A DNA stretch of 62,983 bases, filler included, from Licmophora abbreviata (GCA_900291995.1; 12 parts of 12 records of this genome joined end to end with filler, not necessarily neighbours in it); one strand, 5' to 3'; counted from the whole stretch's first letter, positions 1 through 12,342 are shown. The notes: a model not told the origin generated them from the sequence alone. A program made the numbers and translations.

Positions 1-510
1 GAAGAACCTCCAGGTTGTTCTTTCTGGGATTGATCAAGACCCGATACTTAAAGGGTTCTCGTTGATGCTTATGGGTGGTTGTCAGAAAGGCCTTGACATC
101 CCTGTTCCGCACTACTTTTGATATCTACATTTCGGGCAAACTATGATATGCTTATAATCTTAACAAGTAAAGCAAACGAACAACAACGTTATCAACATCC
201 TTTGAACCCTTTGAACACTGAACCCTACTCCAGTGCTAGGCAATATACCGTCACACTCGAGTATTTCAACAGGCGGGTTTCTCCGACAGACACAAAAGAA
301 TAGGTGAGCGGTCTGTCCAGCCATCCGATACTGTAAGTGGTGCGCGAGTGCTCGAGCAGTTTCCCGTGATGAGACTTGAGGACCGAGGACATGATGAGGA
401 TCCATCGGGTCGCTGTCGCCAGCTTTCCTTGTGTCTTCTCTCTGCTTTGACAGCTTATCAACTGTTTTACGGTCGGCACTCTCTGCTTTTGCGGATAGGG
501 CTCGCTTCAT
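1..510 (-). CDS. Possible 5' part of an unknown gene running off the window start
   Basis: ORF 160..510(-) begins with ATG. A stop-free reading ([33 protein letters not shown]) follows a CAG at ~101 and runs to the window edge. No homology recognised. Confidence 0.25.
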
Positions 511-572
511 TGTTATTTCTTGTCTGTTGCATGCTTCTCTTTCGATCGACGCTGCAAACCAAAACTTCCTCG

Positions 573-1064
573 ATGCGCTGGAAAGCGATTTTGTTTTCTG
601 CCGCCTTTACATCTCCCAGCATGACGCCCTTTCAAAACTCGGATGAAACAATCCGAAACATTCTACTGAATTCTAAAACCATTGCCTTGGTCGGCGCTTC
701 CAAAAATCCAGAGCGTCCTTCGAACGAAGTCCTGGGTGTGCTCCTCCAACGTGGATACCATGTCATCCCAGTCAATCCTGGTCTTGCCAAAATGGGAGTC
801 ACGTTGTACGACCAGAAAGTCTACGCAAGTTTGAAAGATATTTCGGAGCCTATCGACATGGTGGATATTTTCCGAAACTCCAACGATGCTGGTGGGGTCG
901 TTGATGAAGCCATTGAGGTTGGTGCAAAGAGTGTCTGGATGCAGATTGGAGTCGTCAACGAGCAAGCGGCACAGCGTGCTCTGGATGCTGGATTGCAAGT
1001 CGCCATGAATGTCTGTCCGGCACAGGAGCTACCTAGACTGGGCATTTCGGGACCGAAACTGTAG
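573..1064 (+). CDS. CoA-binding (YccU-like, CoA_binding_2) Rossmann protein
   Basis: Motifs [41 protein letters not shown] and NVCP are typical of the YccU family. Start uncertain (ATG 573 or 621). Confidence 0.85.
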   Translation: MRWKAILFSAAFTSPSMTPFQNSDETIRNILLNSKTIALVGASKNPERPSNEVLGVLLQRGYHVIPVNPGLAKMGVTLYDQKVYASLKDISEPIDMVDIFRNSNDAGGVVDEAIEVGAKSVWMQIGVVNEQAAQRALDAGLQVAMNVCPAQELPRLGISGPKL

Positions 1065-1654
1065 ACCAGAGAGGCAGCTGCAGAGAGTGAAGGTAGTGGA
1101 CGGCTCTTCGGCGTCGTCCTACCATATTTTTACCAGCACCCTACTCTTACCTAGAGCGCTGTATCACCGTCGTCTCTTTCTTTGGTTGTGAGTTATATCT
1201 GTATTACCCTCATTATGAGCGCATCCGCTAAGCTTAGCTCTGGCTTCTGAACTATTCTTGTGCTGATGTCTCTGTAGTTTAAAGTTACGTGTACTCTTCC
1301 TGTCCTGGTGGACAACAAAGTAATAAATCAGCTTGACTCAACAATTCTTGGTTGCCCTGGCTTGGCCGAGAAGTACATTAAATGTACCAGGTACCAAACT
1401 CATCCAACCAAAGTTCAAATGCACATCAACTGAATTCTAGCACAAGCTAGACTTCAAAGTACAAACTCTTGCAGTTGTCGCAGCGTCGGTCCGGGTGACT
1501 TCCTCCATGAACTTCCACGTGTCAGTATTCGCGAAAGATACGAGTACGTGTCATCCGCATCCCGTGTGAAATGTGAAACTTGAAGATCGTGGATCGGACC
1601 ATGGCCTCGACCGGTGCCGATTGATACAAGTTCGAACAGATCCTGCCAAGAAAA

Positions 1655-4613
1655 ATGACGATGCTCTCACCAAGAAGGCTTTTAGTTGCCGCAATGGTCG
1701 CGTGGACTTCATTCGCCTCTGTACAGGCCTTTTCGCCAACACCAACCTTGCTTCAACCACGACGTGCCATCATGCTCTCTCCGATGCGAGCAGCGACTCC
1801 ATCGACCTCGGACCGAGAAGAGCAACCATCAGATACAAAGAAGAGCCCCAAACGTCTAGTAAAGAAGCTCCGTGACTTTGTCAAGACCAAGCGACTCGCT
1901 AAGCCAATCGCCTTGGGTCTCTTGTCCGCGGCCGCGCTTGATCGCTCGCTCTCGGCCACCCCGATATTCCAGTTTCGTCCGAGAGCAGCTTTGGCATCGG
2001 CTCCCGTTATGGCCCCACCGCGTCGAAATGTGGTCGATGCTGAGACGCAGGCCATGTTTGACGTGAACAAACGCATTCAACGGAAGAATGAANNNNNNNN
2101 NNNNNNNNNNNNNNNNNNNNNNNNNNNNNNNNNNNNTTAATTAATTAANNNNNNNNNNNNNNNNNNNNNNNNNNNNNNNNNNNNNNNNNNNNATATCAGA
2201 ATAAGGCCCGGGAGATTGCTGCCTCTCAAGGAGAAGCGGCACGGGCAAACTACGAAAAAGAGTGGGAAGCCGCTCGAAGAGAAAGGGCAGAAGAAAAATC
2301 TATAGGGCTTGCAACATTGAAACTTGGTCTGCTGGAACAGGGAATCGATCCTTGGATGGACATCGAGGGACAACGGCAGGTGATGCTGTTTGAAAAGGGG
2401 GTAGATCTCGCGGAGGTGCCCGGAACAAAGTTTTACATGGAAAAGGACTTTCAAGACAGTCAGTACAAGCGCAGTGCCAAGTATCAGAAGCAGGCGCATC
2501 GATTCATTATTAAGAGTATGGTTGAAGACATGAAGAACAAAGGAATTGATCCACTTGAGTACTTTGAAAAGAACAAAGACAGAAGTGCAGACATTCTCAA
2601 CATGTCGACAAAAAAGGCCATTGTCGTCGCGCAGCAGTACCAAGAAAATCTCAAACAGTACGGTCAGATAACGAAGCCAAAGCCTGGAGAGGAACTTGCA
2701 AAGCTAGACCCTAAGGAAATGGAGGCTAAGGCGAAGGTCGAAGCCAAGGAAGCTGCAGCTGCCGCGAAGCGTGAGGCAAGAGAAGCTCGGGCAAGAGCAA
2801 AAGCCGAAGCTAAGGCCAAGAAGGCTGAATTGAAAGCGATGGCAATGAAACAGAAGCAGACAGCTAGAGAGGAAGCTCGTCTTGCAAAGGAATCTGCAAA
2901 AAAGAAGAAAGCCGAAGCAAAGGCAGCAGCTGGTGCCATGGCTGCAGGAGCATCGGCTGCCGGTGTACTTGCTGCCACTAGCGCGTTGGGAGATGCTGCA
3001 GGGATTGTTGAAGGGGCAACAGCTCCCGAATCAGGAACATCGGGCGGGTTAAGTAGTGTTCTCGAGGAAGTGGCGACGGATGATGTTGGGTCTGAACCTA
3101 AGGGTGTTTCCAGTAAGAAGGAGGCACTGGTCACTGGCAAGCAGGAATCCGATGGCTCACGGATCCTGCCCGCGGTAGCGTTCGTCGTTGCGGCCGGCGG
3201 TGGAAGTTTTGCGTTCCAGAAGCTTCAAGAAAAGAAATCTTTTGATGAAGAAGAGCGACAAAGGCAGTTCAGACTGATATTAGGAGACGGCGACCAGGTC
3301 GGCGGCGAGGCCAACGGTAGCAAGAGAAGTGATATTCCTTTGGCGGAATTTCCGTTGGATCTNNNNNNNNNNNNNNNNNNNNNNNNNNNNNNNNNNNNNN
3401 NNNNNNTTAATTAATTAANNNNNNNNNNNNNNNNNNNNNNNNNNNNNNNNNNNNNNNNNNNNATGGATATCGAAGAGCACAATGCATTTGAGGACTCTTC
3501 TCCGGAAACGACGGCTGCCGAGCCTCAATCGCCCGCTCCAAAGAAACAGAAACGAGGGATCAGATCAATGTTTGGGAAGAAGAATGCAAACAACCGTGAG
3601 GTCGACGTGGATGTACTTGTGAGCGAGAGTGCCAGTGCACCCCAGTTTGCTTTGCTTCTGTCGAAACTTCTGACGTTTGGTGCTCCCGGCCGCTTTCCAC
3701 GGGTAACCAAGATGAAAGGTTCCATGCCTATGGAAGAGTTTGATTTAGAAGCCGCCAAAGAGCAATTGACCGAATGCGGAACTGCAGTCGATATTACGAA
3801 GGAAGAGGCGGCAGAGGTCTTCGCGAACGTAGTCAACTGTATGCTGATTGACATTGTTGACCTTGCATCGTCGACCCTCAAAGAAGACGATAAAGTCACA
3901 GTTGATGCCATCAACATCGTCGTTGATTTCATGAACCATGCCGCGTCACTCTATGAGTCCATCGCCGAGGTGAGTAATCACAAATGCCTCTCACATCCAG
4001 TCCATTCTGCCTCCCCTCTGGTTTACCACGTGCTCACAATTTTTCCCTCTGCATCACTCAGGGCGTTGTTATTACTCCTGTGACTTACGGAGGCACTCTT
4101 GGAAGGTCGAAGTTAGAACAAATGTACAGTACCTACGCCGTTTCTGGAATGATGTCCATGGACGAAGGCTTCAATGCCCGAGTGGGACTTCTGCAGGACG
4201 TGTTCGATATCACTGAGAAAAAAGCAGAGGGTCTCATGATGAAGGCTATGCAAAAAAATATGATGCAGATGATGAAGGACCCTGAAAGCATGGAGGGTAT
4301 GGAAGAGATGATGAAGTCAATGGGTGGCGTCGAAGGAATGGGAGGTATGGGAGGAATGGAAGGTCTGATGGGAGCGGAAGGAGACGAGGGGCCAAACCCA
4401 GAACAGCTCAAAGAGATGTTGAGAATGCTCAAGGAGATGAAAGACTCTGGGACCATTCCTCCAGAAGAGTTGGAAGCCGTGCGCTCACAATTCAAGGAGG
4501 CGTTTGGCTCAAGCATCGAAGAGGTGATGAAAGACGCCGACAAAGACCAGGATGCACTGGGCGACACTGACAAGGAGCTACTAGATCTGATGAAATCGAT
4601 ACTGGACGACTAA
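1655..4613 (+). CDS. Large plastid-targeted hypothetical membrane protein, split by two assembly linkers
   Basis: Signal peptide plus ASVQA-F cleavage motif; K/A/E-rich coiled coil; TM segment (ILPAVAFVVAAGGGSFAF); helical C-terminus with an M/G-rich tract. GT-AG intron 3970..4061 joins the ORFs starting at 3463 and 3984. Continuity across the gaps is inferred. Confidence 0.6.
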
Positions 4614-4691
4614 ATCTAGCTACGATAGCGCCAGTCAAAGTTAACACAACTGTACTAGAGTAGATTACTAGTACTTTGAACGTATCGCAGT

Positions 4692-5771
4692 CTACTCATA
4701 CTCGTTCGCTTCATTCTTCGCGTACTTGTAGTCTGGATTGTCAGGGTCGGGCGTTCGCTCAACCAGATTCAAGTCCAGCAATACCGCAAAGGCTCGATCC
4801 TCCACGCTTTCAATCTCGGCATACTTCTCGCAAAGCTCCGGGTCGTCCAGCGTCTGGGTGATGTATTTGCTTTGGAAGCGAGGAGCAAGCGTTTTCGCCA
4901 GGGATGCCGACTTGTCCATCGTGCGTCGCAACAGGTTGGTACTCGGCTGTGATTTCACTTTTTTGCTGAGTGTCACAGTGGAGGTACGCAACGGTGGCTC
5001 CTCCGCCTGTACTGGTATAATTGGTGTCGTGCCCGCAGGTTTTGCACTGTTACCAGCGGCAGTAGAAAGAGGCTTGTCAAAACGTTCACGTTGCGACGCG
5101 TCTTGATGTGTTGCCATAGCTACCGGAGTAGCCAGTGAGCGCTCATCCTCATTCATCGCGCGTTCTAGCATGCGACCCACTTTCTTCTCAGCTGCTTTCT
5201 CGTATGAGTATCCCGTCTCCAGTTTGCTATCTACGACTGCACTGCCATCATCTTGAAGTATGTCGTCGTCGAGTGTGAGCTTCTCTTGCTTCTTTGGCCG
5301 CAAGGTAGTTCCTACCAGTGCCCCTGTACCTCCCGCTACCATCACGATAGTAGCCCCCTTTCGGAACTTTGAGCTGCTTTTGGTTGTTTCTTCAATGGCG
5401 TCAGAACGCTGTCGCGTCGTCATCGGCACAGCGTGCCCAGAATCGCGTGCAGCATGTGCCACTCCCGGCGACCAGTTGTTGGTGCCAGTGCAGGCAAGTA
5501 CAAGCACGGCGAAGGCCACGGACATAAGATGGGCAGGGATGCGACTTTGAGGACGAGAAGGAGGAGCTTTGTGCATTAGAAAGTCTGGCAATCTGGGACC
5601 TAGCTCATGCCTCGGCGGAAGCCATGAGGAAGGGCGAAACAGAGGAGAACGCGTCGCGGCATTCGTGGATCGCAATCGACCGGCTCTTTGCACCGCGATC
5701 TGATAGCTGGAGACGGGTAAGAGGAGGAGCCCCATGAAAAGGAACGAGCAAATGAATCGCATCTTTCTCAT
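4692..5771 (-). CDS. Hypothetical signal-peptide/membrane protein
   Basis: MRKMRFICSFLFMGLLLLPVSS signal peptide, two hydrophobic segments, and a compact C-terminal motif (KYAEIESVEDRAFAVLLDLNLVE..PDPD). Confidence 0.6.
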   Translation of the reverse strand: MRKMRFICSFLFMGLLLLPVSSYQIAVQRAGRLRSTNAATRSPLFRPSSWLPPRHELGPRLPDFLMHKAPPSRPQSRIPAHLMSVAFAVLVLACTGTNNWSPGVAHAARDSGHAVPMTTRQRSDAIEETTKSSSKFRKGATIVMVAGGTGALVGTTLRPKKQEKLTLDDDILQDDGSAVVDSKLETGYSYEKAAEKKVGRMLERAMNEDERSLATPVAMATHQDASQRERFDKPLSTAAGNSAKPAGTTPIIPVQAEEPPLRTSTVTLSKKVKSQPSTNLLRRTMDKSASLAKTLAPRFQSKYITQTLDDPELCEKYAEIESVEDRAFAVLLDLNLVERTPDPDNPDYKYAKNEANEYE

Positions 5772-6417
5772 TCTCGTCACTTCATGTGTAATACTGTGAG
5801 GCCGAGTGAGACGGAACAAGATTCAAGATGGGTCGCAACGACAAAATGGCGGTTTGAAACGTCGCAACGTTCTCGCGCCCTTTCTTCTTTCGCACATACC
5901 GCTGCGTGACGTCAGCGAACGCCAACGGCCTCTGTTTCGACCAATCAAAATCGATGGCGTCACCGTCAAGTCGAGTGAGACGAATCAATCAACGTACTCA
6001 TACATAGTCTATGCGGCCGGCTCTAATTCGCCGTGTCTCCAGTCTTTGGCTGGAGCCGCAGGTCGCAACGCAACCGCATGCACTTAGCATTTTGCAACGG
6101 TACCATTACCTGGTACCTGGTAGTCGTACCGCGTAGAATAACACTAGCTCGGTCCGGCGAAGGTGCCGTAGTCGAAGGACACGCGAAAACAAGCAACGAG
6201 ATTTTACTGTTCTAGCACGTGTCTCACTAGACTTTAGAAGACGGTGCCGGGTGAAACACACAATTATATAAGGTAAACAGGCATTTAGGAGACTAGATAC
6301 AATGTCCACAAGGCCGGTTCCGTACCCTTCGCATGCGCTGGTCCTCTCCTGGCCGCCTTCCAGATCGGTTCCCTTACGCCCTACGCCCCTAAGCTGCTCC
6401 ACAATTCACAATCGCTT

Positions 6418-6885
6418 CTAATACGGCTTTTCTTCCGGGGCTCCATCACTGTAGTCAGAGCCAAGCGGCTCGTCGTCGCTCGCGGCAAAGCCCTGTCCGT
6501 AGCCTCCACCGGGCGGGCTGCGGTCATTTCCGCCGTATCCACCAAAGGACTGCGCCTGACGAGCACCCTGGACTTCCACGCCATCTGGTCCAGTCACATG
6601 TACGGCCCGACGCCGTCCACCCGCTTCCTCTTGCACTTCAAACTCGACGTTTTCTCCCTCATCTAGACTACGGAATCCATTCTTGTGGACCTCTGAATGA
6701 TGCACAAAGACGTCCCCCGAACCATCGTCCGGTACGACAAAGCCAAAGCCCTTCTTCGCGTCAAACCACTTCACGACACCGGTTGTAGTCGAGAAGCAGG
6801 AAGCCTGCTGAGGAATGGTGCTTCGAGCCAGAGCAGTCATAGTTGTGCGTCGCATAAGCGACGTGGTCAAGGAACGGAGCAACAT
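6418..6885 (-). CDS. Cold-shock domain protein with probable mitochondrial presequence and Gly-rich tail
   Basis: [16 protein letters not shown] (RNP1), DVFVHHS (RNP2), [14 protein letters not shown] and [12 protein letters not shown]-rich N-terminus. Confidence 0.93.
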   Translation of the reverse strand: MLLRSLTTSLMRRTTMTALARSTIPQQASCFSTTTGVVKWFDAKKGFGFVVPDDGSGDVFVHHSEVHKNGFRSLDEGENVEFEVQEEAGGRRRAVHVTGPDGVEVQGARQAQSFGGYGGNDRSPPGGGYGQGFAASDDEPLGSDYSDGAPEEKPY

Positions 6886-7178
6886 TGCGAGGTAGGATGG
6901 GGTGGCAGCAGCGAAAGTAGAAAGTACAAAAAAGATATGATCAAACGCGAACAGATGTTGTGAATGGAGAAAAGAGTGGTGGTGAACGGTGAAGGGAAGG
7001 AGAAATGTGAGGCTGACAGCAGAGCCGTACGATGACAGACACGTGAATGCGAGCTTTTTTTCTTCTTTTTAGTCTCCATTCGTCAAATCACGACCGCCGG
7101 ACAGTTGGCACGTTTGTGGGCACTCCATTGAGATGCATGCCTGGTGCCTGGTACCGGTACCTACAACCAGGTAGTGTT

Positions 7179-7207
7179 GTGCTGTGCTGTGCTGTGCTGT
7201 GCTGTGC
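7179..7207. repeat. (GCTGT)n microsatellite
   Basis: gtgctgtgctgtgctgtgctgtgctgtgc seen directly. Confidence 0.9.
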
Positions 7208-7319
7208 CGTGTCCCAGTCATCCTCCGCCATTTGCTTCACGCCAGTCGTTCTAAGAGATTCCTTACTTGACTCCTCTTCCCTTACTGAACTCCTCTTCTG
7301 AGATTGCTGCAATCCGACT

Positions 7320-8099
7320 ATGTTCTTCGGTAAACGATCAGGAACGACGAATCCTGCTGCCAATGCCCGTGGAGGCTCTCGTCCCCAGTTCTCCTTCATC
7401 CTTCCCATTCCTCCCGTCTCTCGGTCGATTTATCAATTCATGAGGCGGAAGGTAGGACTAGGGGATGCCGCGAATAACGCTGATGCTCACGCGCTCAACA
7501 GCCACCAATCTGAAGAAGCGAAGAGAAAACGAAAAATTCAAAAACAAACGGAGCCGTTCCAGATCAGGCTGCGCGACCTGCAGGCACAAAAACAAGATGG
7601 ACTGGCGCAGATAAACCGAGCTGGACACGAACAGATGGAGATTGCGTATGAGGAGACGAAAGAAAAATATACACACGAGTACGTCGCCAAGTATCAAGAG
7701 AGACATGCAAAACTGCAACAAGAGCTGGAAGAGACGAAGGAAGCATTCGGTCGACAACAGGAGGAAGAAGGGAGAGAAGTTGAGGAGCCCCAGCCCAAAC
7801 GAGCGCGATTGGAACCGTCGGAAGATTCCGACCAAGAATTGAAACGTCCTCATGTAGAGAATGATCATTCGAAGGATGACACCTCCAAGGTCGATCCGAA
7901 CGGGAATGCTGATGCGGACACCGGCGCTCCTTCAGAGGCTGCGGCAGCTACTGGCACGCTTAACCCTAGCGAAGAAAAGGCAGAAGCACTGAAGACAGTC
8001 AGCAAGCACCTCGATGACCTTGGCGAAACCAAGAAAGAAATGATTTGGCTACTAAAACAAGTCATCAAGGCGGAGCAGAAACAGAAAGACGATTCATAG
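7320..8099 (+). CDS. Hypothetical coiled-coil protein, probably nuclear
   Basis: 259-aa ATG ORF with E/K/Q heptads and basic clusters (KRKRK, PKRAR). Confidence 0.7.
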   Translation: MFFGKRSGTTNPAANARGGSRPQFSFILPIPPVSRSIYQFMRRKVGLGDAANNADAHALNSHQSEEAKRKRKIQKQTEPFQIRLRDLQAQKQDGLAQINRAGHEQMEIAYEETKEKYTHEYVAKYQERHAKLQQELEETKEAFGRQQEEEGREVEEPQPKRARLEPSEDSDQELKRPHVENDHSKDDTSKVDPNGNADADTGAPSEAAAATGTLNPSEEKAEALKTVSKHLDDLGETKKEMIWLLKQVIKAEQKQKDDS

Positions 8100-8450
8100 T
8101 CAGTCACACTTCCGACAAACTTGGCCTAAAATAATGATTTACTTTTGAATAAGATCTGCTCTTACCCCATCGGATACTTCACTTTGGTGCCTCGCCATCG
8201 AACGATACCATGATTTAGTACCTGTTCCATACCTGGTAGAGCCTCGTCTACTCCATATCCTATCACACTTTGTGCCGGTAGGAACCTAGTGTGCTGTACC
8301 GTAACGTGCGTACCACGGACGAGGGACAGTCGTCCCTTGTTTACACAAAAAATGACGGCGAGTGGCAAGTGCCATCACAACATCCGCCATCCACCAGACC
8401 AAGAACATCCGAAGCTTAACCTGGTTGCCGTCGTTTCATATCTTTCCACC

Positions 8451-8684
8451 ATGAGCTCCTCTGGTGGCCATGCTAAAACGAACAGCAACGGCGACAGTCG
8501 AAAGGAGCAAATTCTGTTGCGGCTAGCAGATGACGAAGACCACACTCGCTGCGTCGAGGGCAACAAGCAGGCACTGCTCGCCGAGACGCTTTCGCATCTT
8601 CGTGACTTGACCAAAGCGATCAAACGGGACGATTGGAAATTTCAAAAGCCGAGAACTTCAATTTCCGAGGGTTCCAAGGGATAA
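8451..8684 (+). CDS. Small protein with an APC16-like C-terminus
   Basis: 77 aa from a CCACC-ATG. LSHLRDLTKAIKRDDWKFQKP resembles the APC16 C-terminal helix plus D-E/D-W-R/K-F-(x)-K-P motif. Confidence 0.45.
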   Translation: MSSSGGHAKTNSNGDSRKEQILLRLADDEDHTRCVEGNKQALLAETLSHLRDLTKAIKRDDWKFQKPRTSISEGSKG

Positions 8685-9183
8685 TGAATCTTCTCATATA
8701 AAAAGGATGAATTTGGCAATTATTCGAGAGCAGATGTTGACCCCCAAAACCCGGCATTGTTGGAAAATAGAAGAACTACCAGGGTACGAGACTATGAGTA
8801 CTTCTGTCATACCTGGTAATGCACCGACCTAAAAAGTGTGTATCGGAACTGGGATCATATTATATGATACCACCTGAAGATTTCCTAGGAGTGTACACAA
8901 AGAGGAGGGTCCGAGTCCAAGTATTGAATGAGCAGCTCTTTATTTATTCTTCTATCCTCTTCTCACCTACACAAACCGACAACATCAAGAGCACATGCTA
9001 ATAAAATGACATCTGAAGATAATGATCGAATCCTGTTTTACTGGGGTACCTCGTAGTTGTACCTGGCAGCGGTTGCTTAGCCCTGACGCCTGACGATTCC
9101 ATTCCTCCGTCTACTCGTACTCGTCATTCCTTCCAGTCGGTGCTACCGTTGACTAGTTGATGACTTCATTTGCCGTTGGAATC

Positions 9184-9337
9184 CACTGACTCACTCACTC
9201 CGCGCAATACATCCAAGGATCTCGCTTCTCCTCCGGTCACGTCGGCAACAGGCGTCCAGTCACTGACTCACTTACTCCGCGCAACACATCCAAGGATCTC
9301 GCTTCTCCTCCGGTCACGTCGGCAACAGGCGTCCAGT
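9184..9337. repeat. Two-copy 77-bp tandem direct repeat
   Basis: CACTGACTCACT...GGCGTCCAGT at 9184 and 9261, with 2 substitutions. Confidence 0.95.
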
Positions 9338-11457
9338 GAGCGAAGACAGAGCTGGCACGGACTTCAAGAGTCACGATGAATGAGCAGTACAAATAAAATG
9401 TCGAGACGATAACAAGCTTTTTTACTAAAAAAGCAGTCGTTGAGACAACAAGCTTTTTACTTAAAACAGCTCTCAGACTGAGGCCAGCCAGCGCAACTCC
9501 GATGCACCACCCGACGTTTCAAACCAGTCGGTTCTCACAAATACAGAGCCTATGACACATTACAAAACGTCGGCGCTAGAGAACCTTATTGTTGACTCCC
9601 ACGTCATAGTCGCTGCTCCCACAAAGCGCTCGTGTCCAACATAACAACTCTTCTCACCATTTCTTCTATGGCCACATTTGATCTTCGTAGAGTTCCTCAT
9701 CTCAGGTTACGTCTTGAATACAGCTAAGAGATGTCACTACTAATTGTTGCATTTTCTAAATAGTTTTGCAAATAATGCGTCCATACGATACGACCCTCGG
9801 GTTCGGTTCGCTCCATCAAAGCTGGAAGGAAGTTGATGCTCATACGATCTCTGTTCTCGTCCTCTGAATGGAACGGAGACTATGAGCTATCTCTTCCTTT
9901 TTCATCGAGGCTTTTGCCCGAGTAGGCATCCTAAAAAAATCACCATTCACTGGAGCCATACACGGCAACAAACCGAGAAGAGGCACTTCCTGATGACATG
10001 ATATCTTACCACGAGCCGACGGAATTCAGACGTAAATTTTACTTGGAAGGTGTCGAGTAATTCTATGACCTTTAAAGTCACAGAAAGGATCTAACCCCCT
10101 TGTTGTGCCCTACTAATGGCGTTGAGCCTTGAAGTGAATTGATCTTAGCGTCTCGATGAAGAATCGATTATCATGTTTTTATCTTCATTTTATATGATCA
10201 ATAAGCGAACAGTCAGCTGCATCAACAACAGGAAATTTTGGATGCACGGAAGGTCATACTTTCGACCTGAATAATCGTTGAGTGCGACTCTTTTCTGTCT
10301 TCCTTTTAATAAATGCTACGTATATTCCTTCTCATATTTCACGACTTGCGACTTTCATTTTCCTGAGATGAGATTTTCCGTCACGCTGCATATTGAGTAT
10401 AAGCATAGTGCCTCTTACGACCGAATCCTGAGAGAAAACAAGCTCATTCGTGCACATACTAATCAAATGAACTGAATCTTTAAGCTTTAGTTGTTTGGGG
10501 TCGGATATTTGGAATATATTTTCTCAATCCTTGCTGGCACTCCTATGAAACAGTGGACTCAAGAGTTTCGAGGTTTGTCGCTCGTTTTGTCCAGATCTTT
10601 TGCTGTCGAGTGTTCATTGAGGTAGCTTAGTTGTACGGCCCAATTGTGATGTCGCTCGAATTGCCCGCTTTCTCTGTAGTTAGTCCGAGTATGGCATATG
10701 AATGGTTCCTAGTCAATTAGATCTGTCTTCTTGGATCTCAAAGGTGCCTGCTTGTGGAAGCTGCAGGTCGAGTCTTGCATGAAAGATCCTCTGACGCGGT
10801 GATGATCAGGCTCCCATCCAATCCGAAACGGTCTCCTGTCTGCCGCTGCTACTGCAGTAGTATGAGAGCAACGTGAAAGTCGGGGAAGCTTTATGGTTCC
10901 TATCACGTGAATGTTCCGGGTATTCACTACCTGGTGACGGTGTCGCAGCCTAAGAAACATAGTCGCGATCAAGCTAGCTAGCATTGTAACGCCGAATGCG
11001 AGAAAGAGAATCCCATCCGGACCTTGGTACAGGTACCCAGGTATTGGCGACAGAATAGTAAGCAAAGAAATGAGTAGGAAACCTTGGATTTATGTCCAGT
11101 GCTGTATGCGAGCCCTAAGCTGTATCGATTTTGTGCGTTCCACCAAGGACTGAATAGTCTACACTAGAGGTACGTAGTCTTCNNNNNNNNNNNNNNNNNN
11201 NNNNNNNNNNNNNNNNNNNNNNNNNNTTAATTAATTAANNNNNNNNNNNNNNNNNNNNNNNNNNNNNNNNNNNNNNNNNNNNCAGAGCCTCGCGCGGCTT
11301 CGCGCGGTGCCGCAGCACAGTTCGTAGACGGCGGATGAGGGCTCATTCTTCGGTGGATTTGGGATGCGCAGTAGTGGACTGACCATGAGGTTGGTCGAGT
11401 TTTTGTGTTTGAGAACCCACCTCATACTCAAAAGAGAAGCAGGGCGATATGACGGAT

Positions 11458-11900
11458 ACCTTCAACGGTAAAAACAGCCTCAACGGCTACACTAGCTCGA
11501 GCCGACGAGTCACCTCCCCAACCAACGAGGAGAAGCATGACTCTCGCGCCGACTCAGTAAGAGATCATCGAGTTCACCTCATTCTGGATGAGAAGCATGA
11601 CACTCACGTCAAACCATAACAAGACCTTCAACGGTACAACATGCCTCAACGGCCATGCCATACTAGCTCGAGCCGACGAGTCTCTTCCTCACCCAAGAGG
11701 ATAAGCATGACTCTCGCGCCGACTCAGTTAAAGATCAGCAAGCGCACCTCATCCCAGATGAGACGTACGACACTCACGTCAAACCACGACAACACCTTCA
11801 ACGGTACAACATGCCTCAACGGCAAAACCAGCTCGTGCCGACAGTCAACCTCATCAACGAGTAGACGCGCGCCGACTCAGTCAAAAGCAGCGAGTTCCTT
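11458..11900. repeat. Degenerate ~166-170-bp tandem repeat, about 2.6 copies, in the element 5' region
   Basis: ACCTTCAACGGTA at 11458, 11624 and 11794; shared blocks CTAGCTCGAGCCGACGAGTC, GACTCTCGCGCCGACTCAGT and GACACTCACGTCAAACCA. Confidence 0.92.
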
Positions 11901-12342
11901 GACACTCCAGCCTCTCAACCTCTAACAGCCGGCAACCCACAGCGGCAAAACAGCCTCCAACGGTTCATCCTAGCACACCCCGGACCACCAATCCTATCAA
12001 ACTTCCACACAAACGAGCGACGACCTCAGCCGGAATCATCGTGAATACAAATTCAACCAATAGAATTTAATCACGAAATCAAAATAATGACTAAAACACT
12101 CGCAAGTGGGAGCGAAAATACTTAATTAAAAATGAGACACCATCTTGATCTGCGAAGGCGAAAGTTTTAACTACGGCTAGACCCGTCTTCAAAAGATCAG
12201 ACACACTTGCCAAAAAACAATACCAAAAGACCGTGGATCCTACGGCAAATTCGGGATTTCATCATCCCAAACAATTCACTTTTCTCTCACTTTCTCGGGT
12301 CTTCAAGCAACGAGCAACAAAAAAAAGAAAAACAGAACTATC

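Noticed and set aside
348..1064. Bacterial contamination or recent HGT for bacterial-like genes (YccU, RraA, CbiX, DUF1415)
   Set aside because: RraA and CbiX carry introns and targeting presequences, and all four are interspersed with eukaryotic genes in the same scaffold.
2137..2148. TTAATTAATTAA palindrome recurring 11 times
   Set aside because: Always centred in 44+44 Ns; an artificial six-frame-stop linker, not a biological repeat.
11458..11900. CRISPR-like repeat-spacer appearance
   Set aside because: Whole ~170-bp units are homologous with no unique spacers, there are no cas genes, and the context is eukaryotic.
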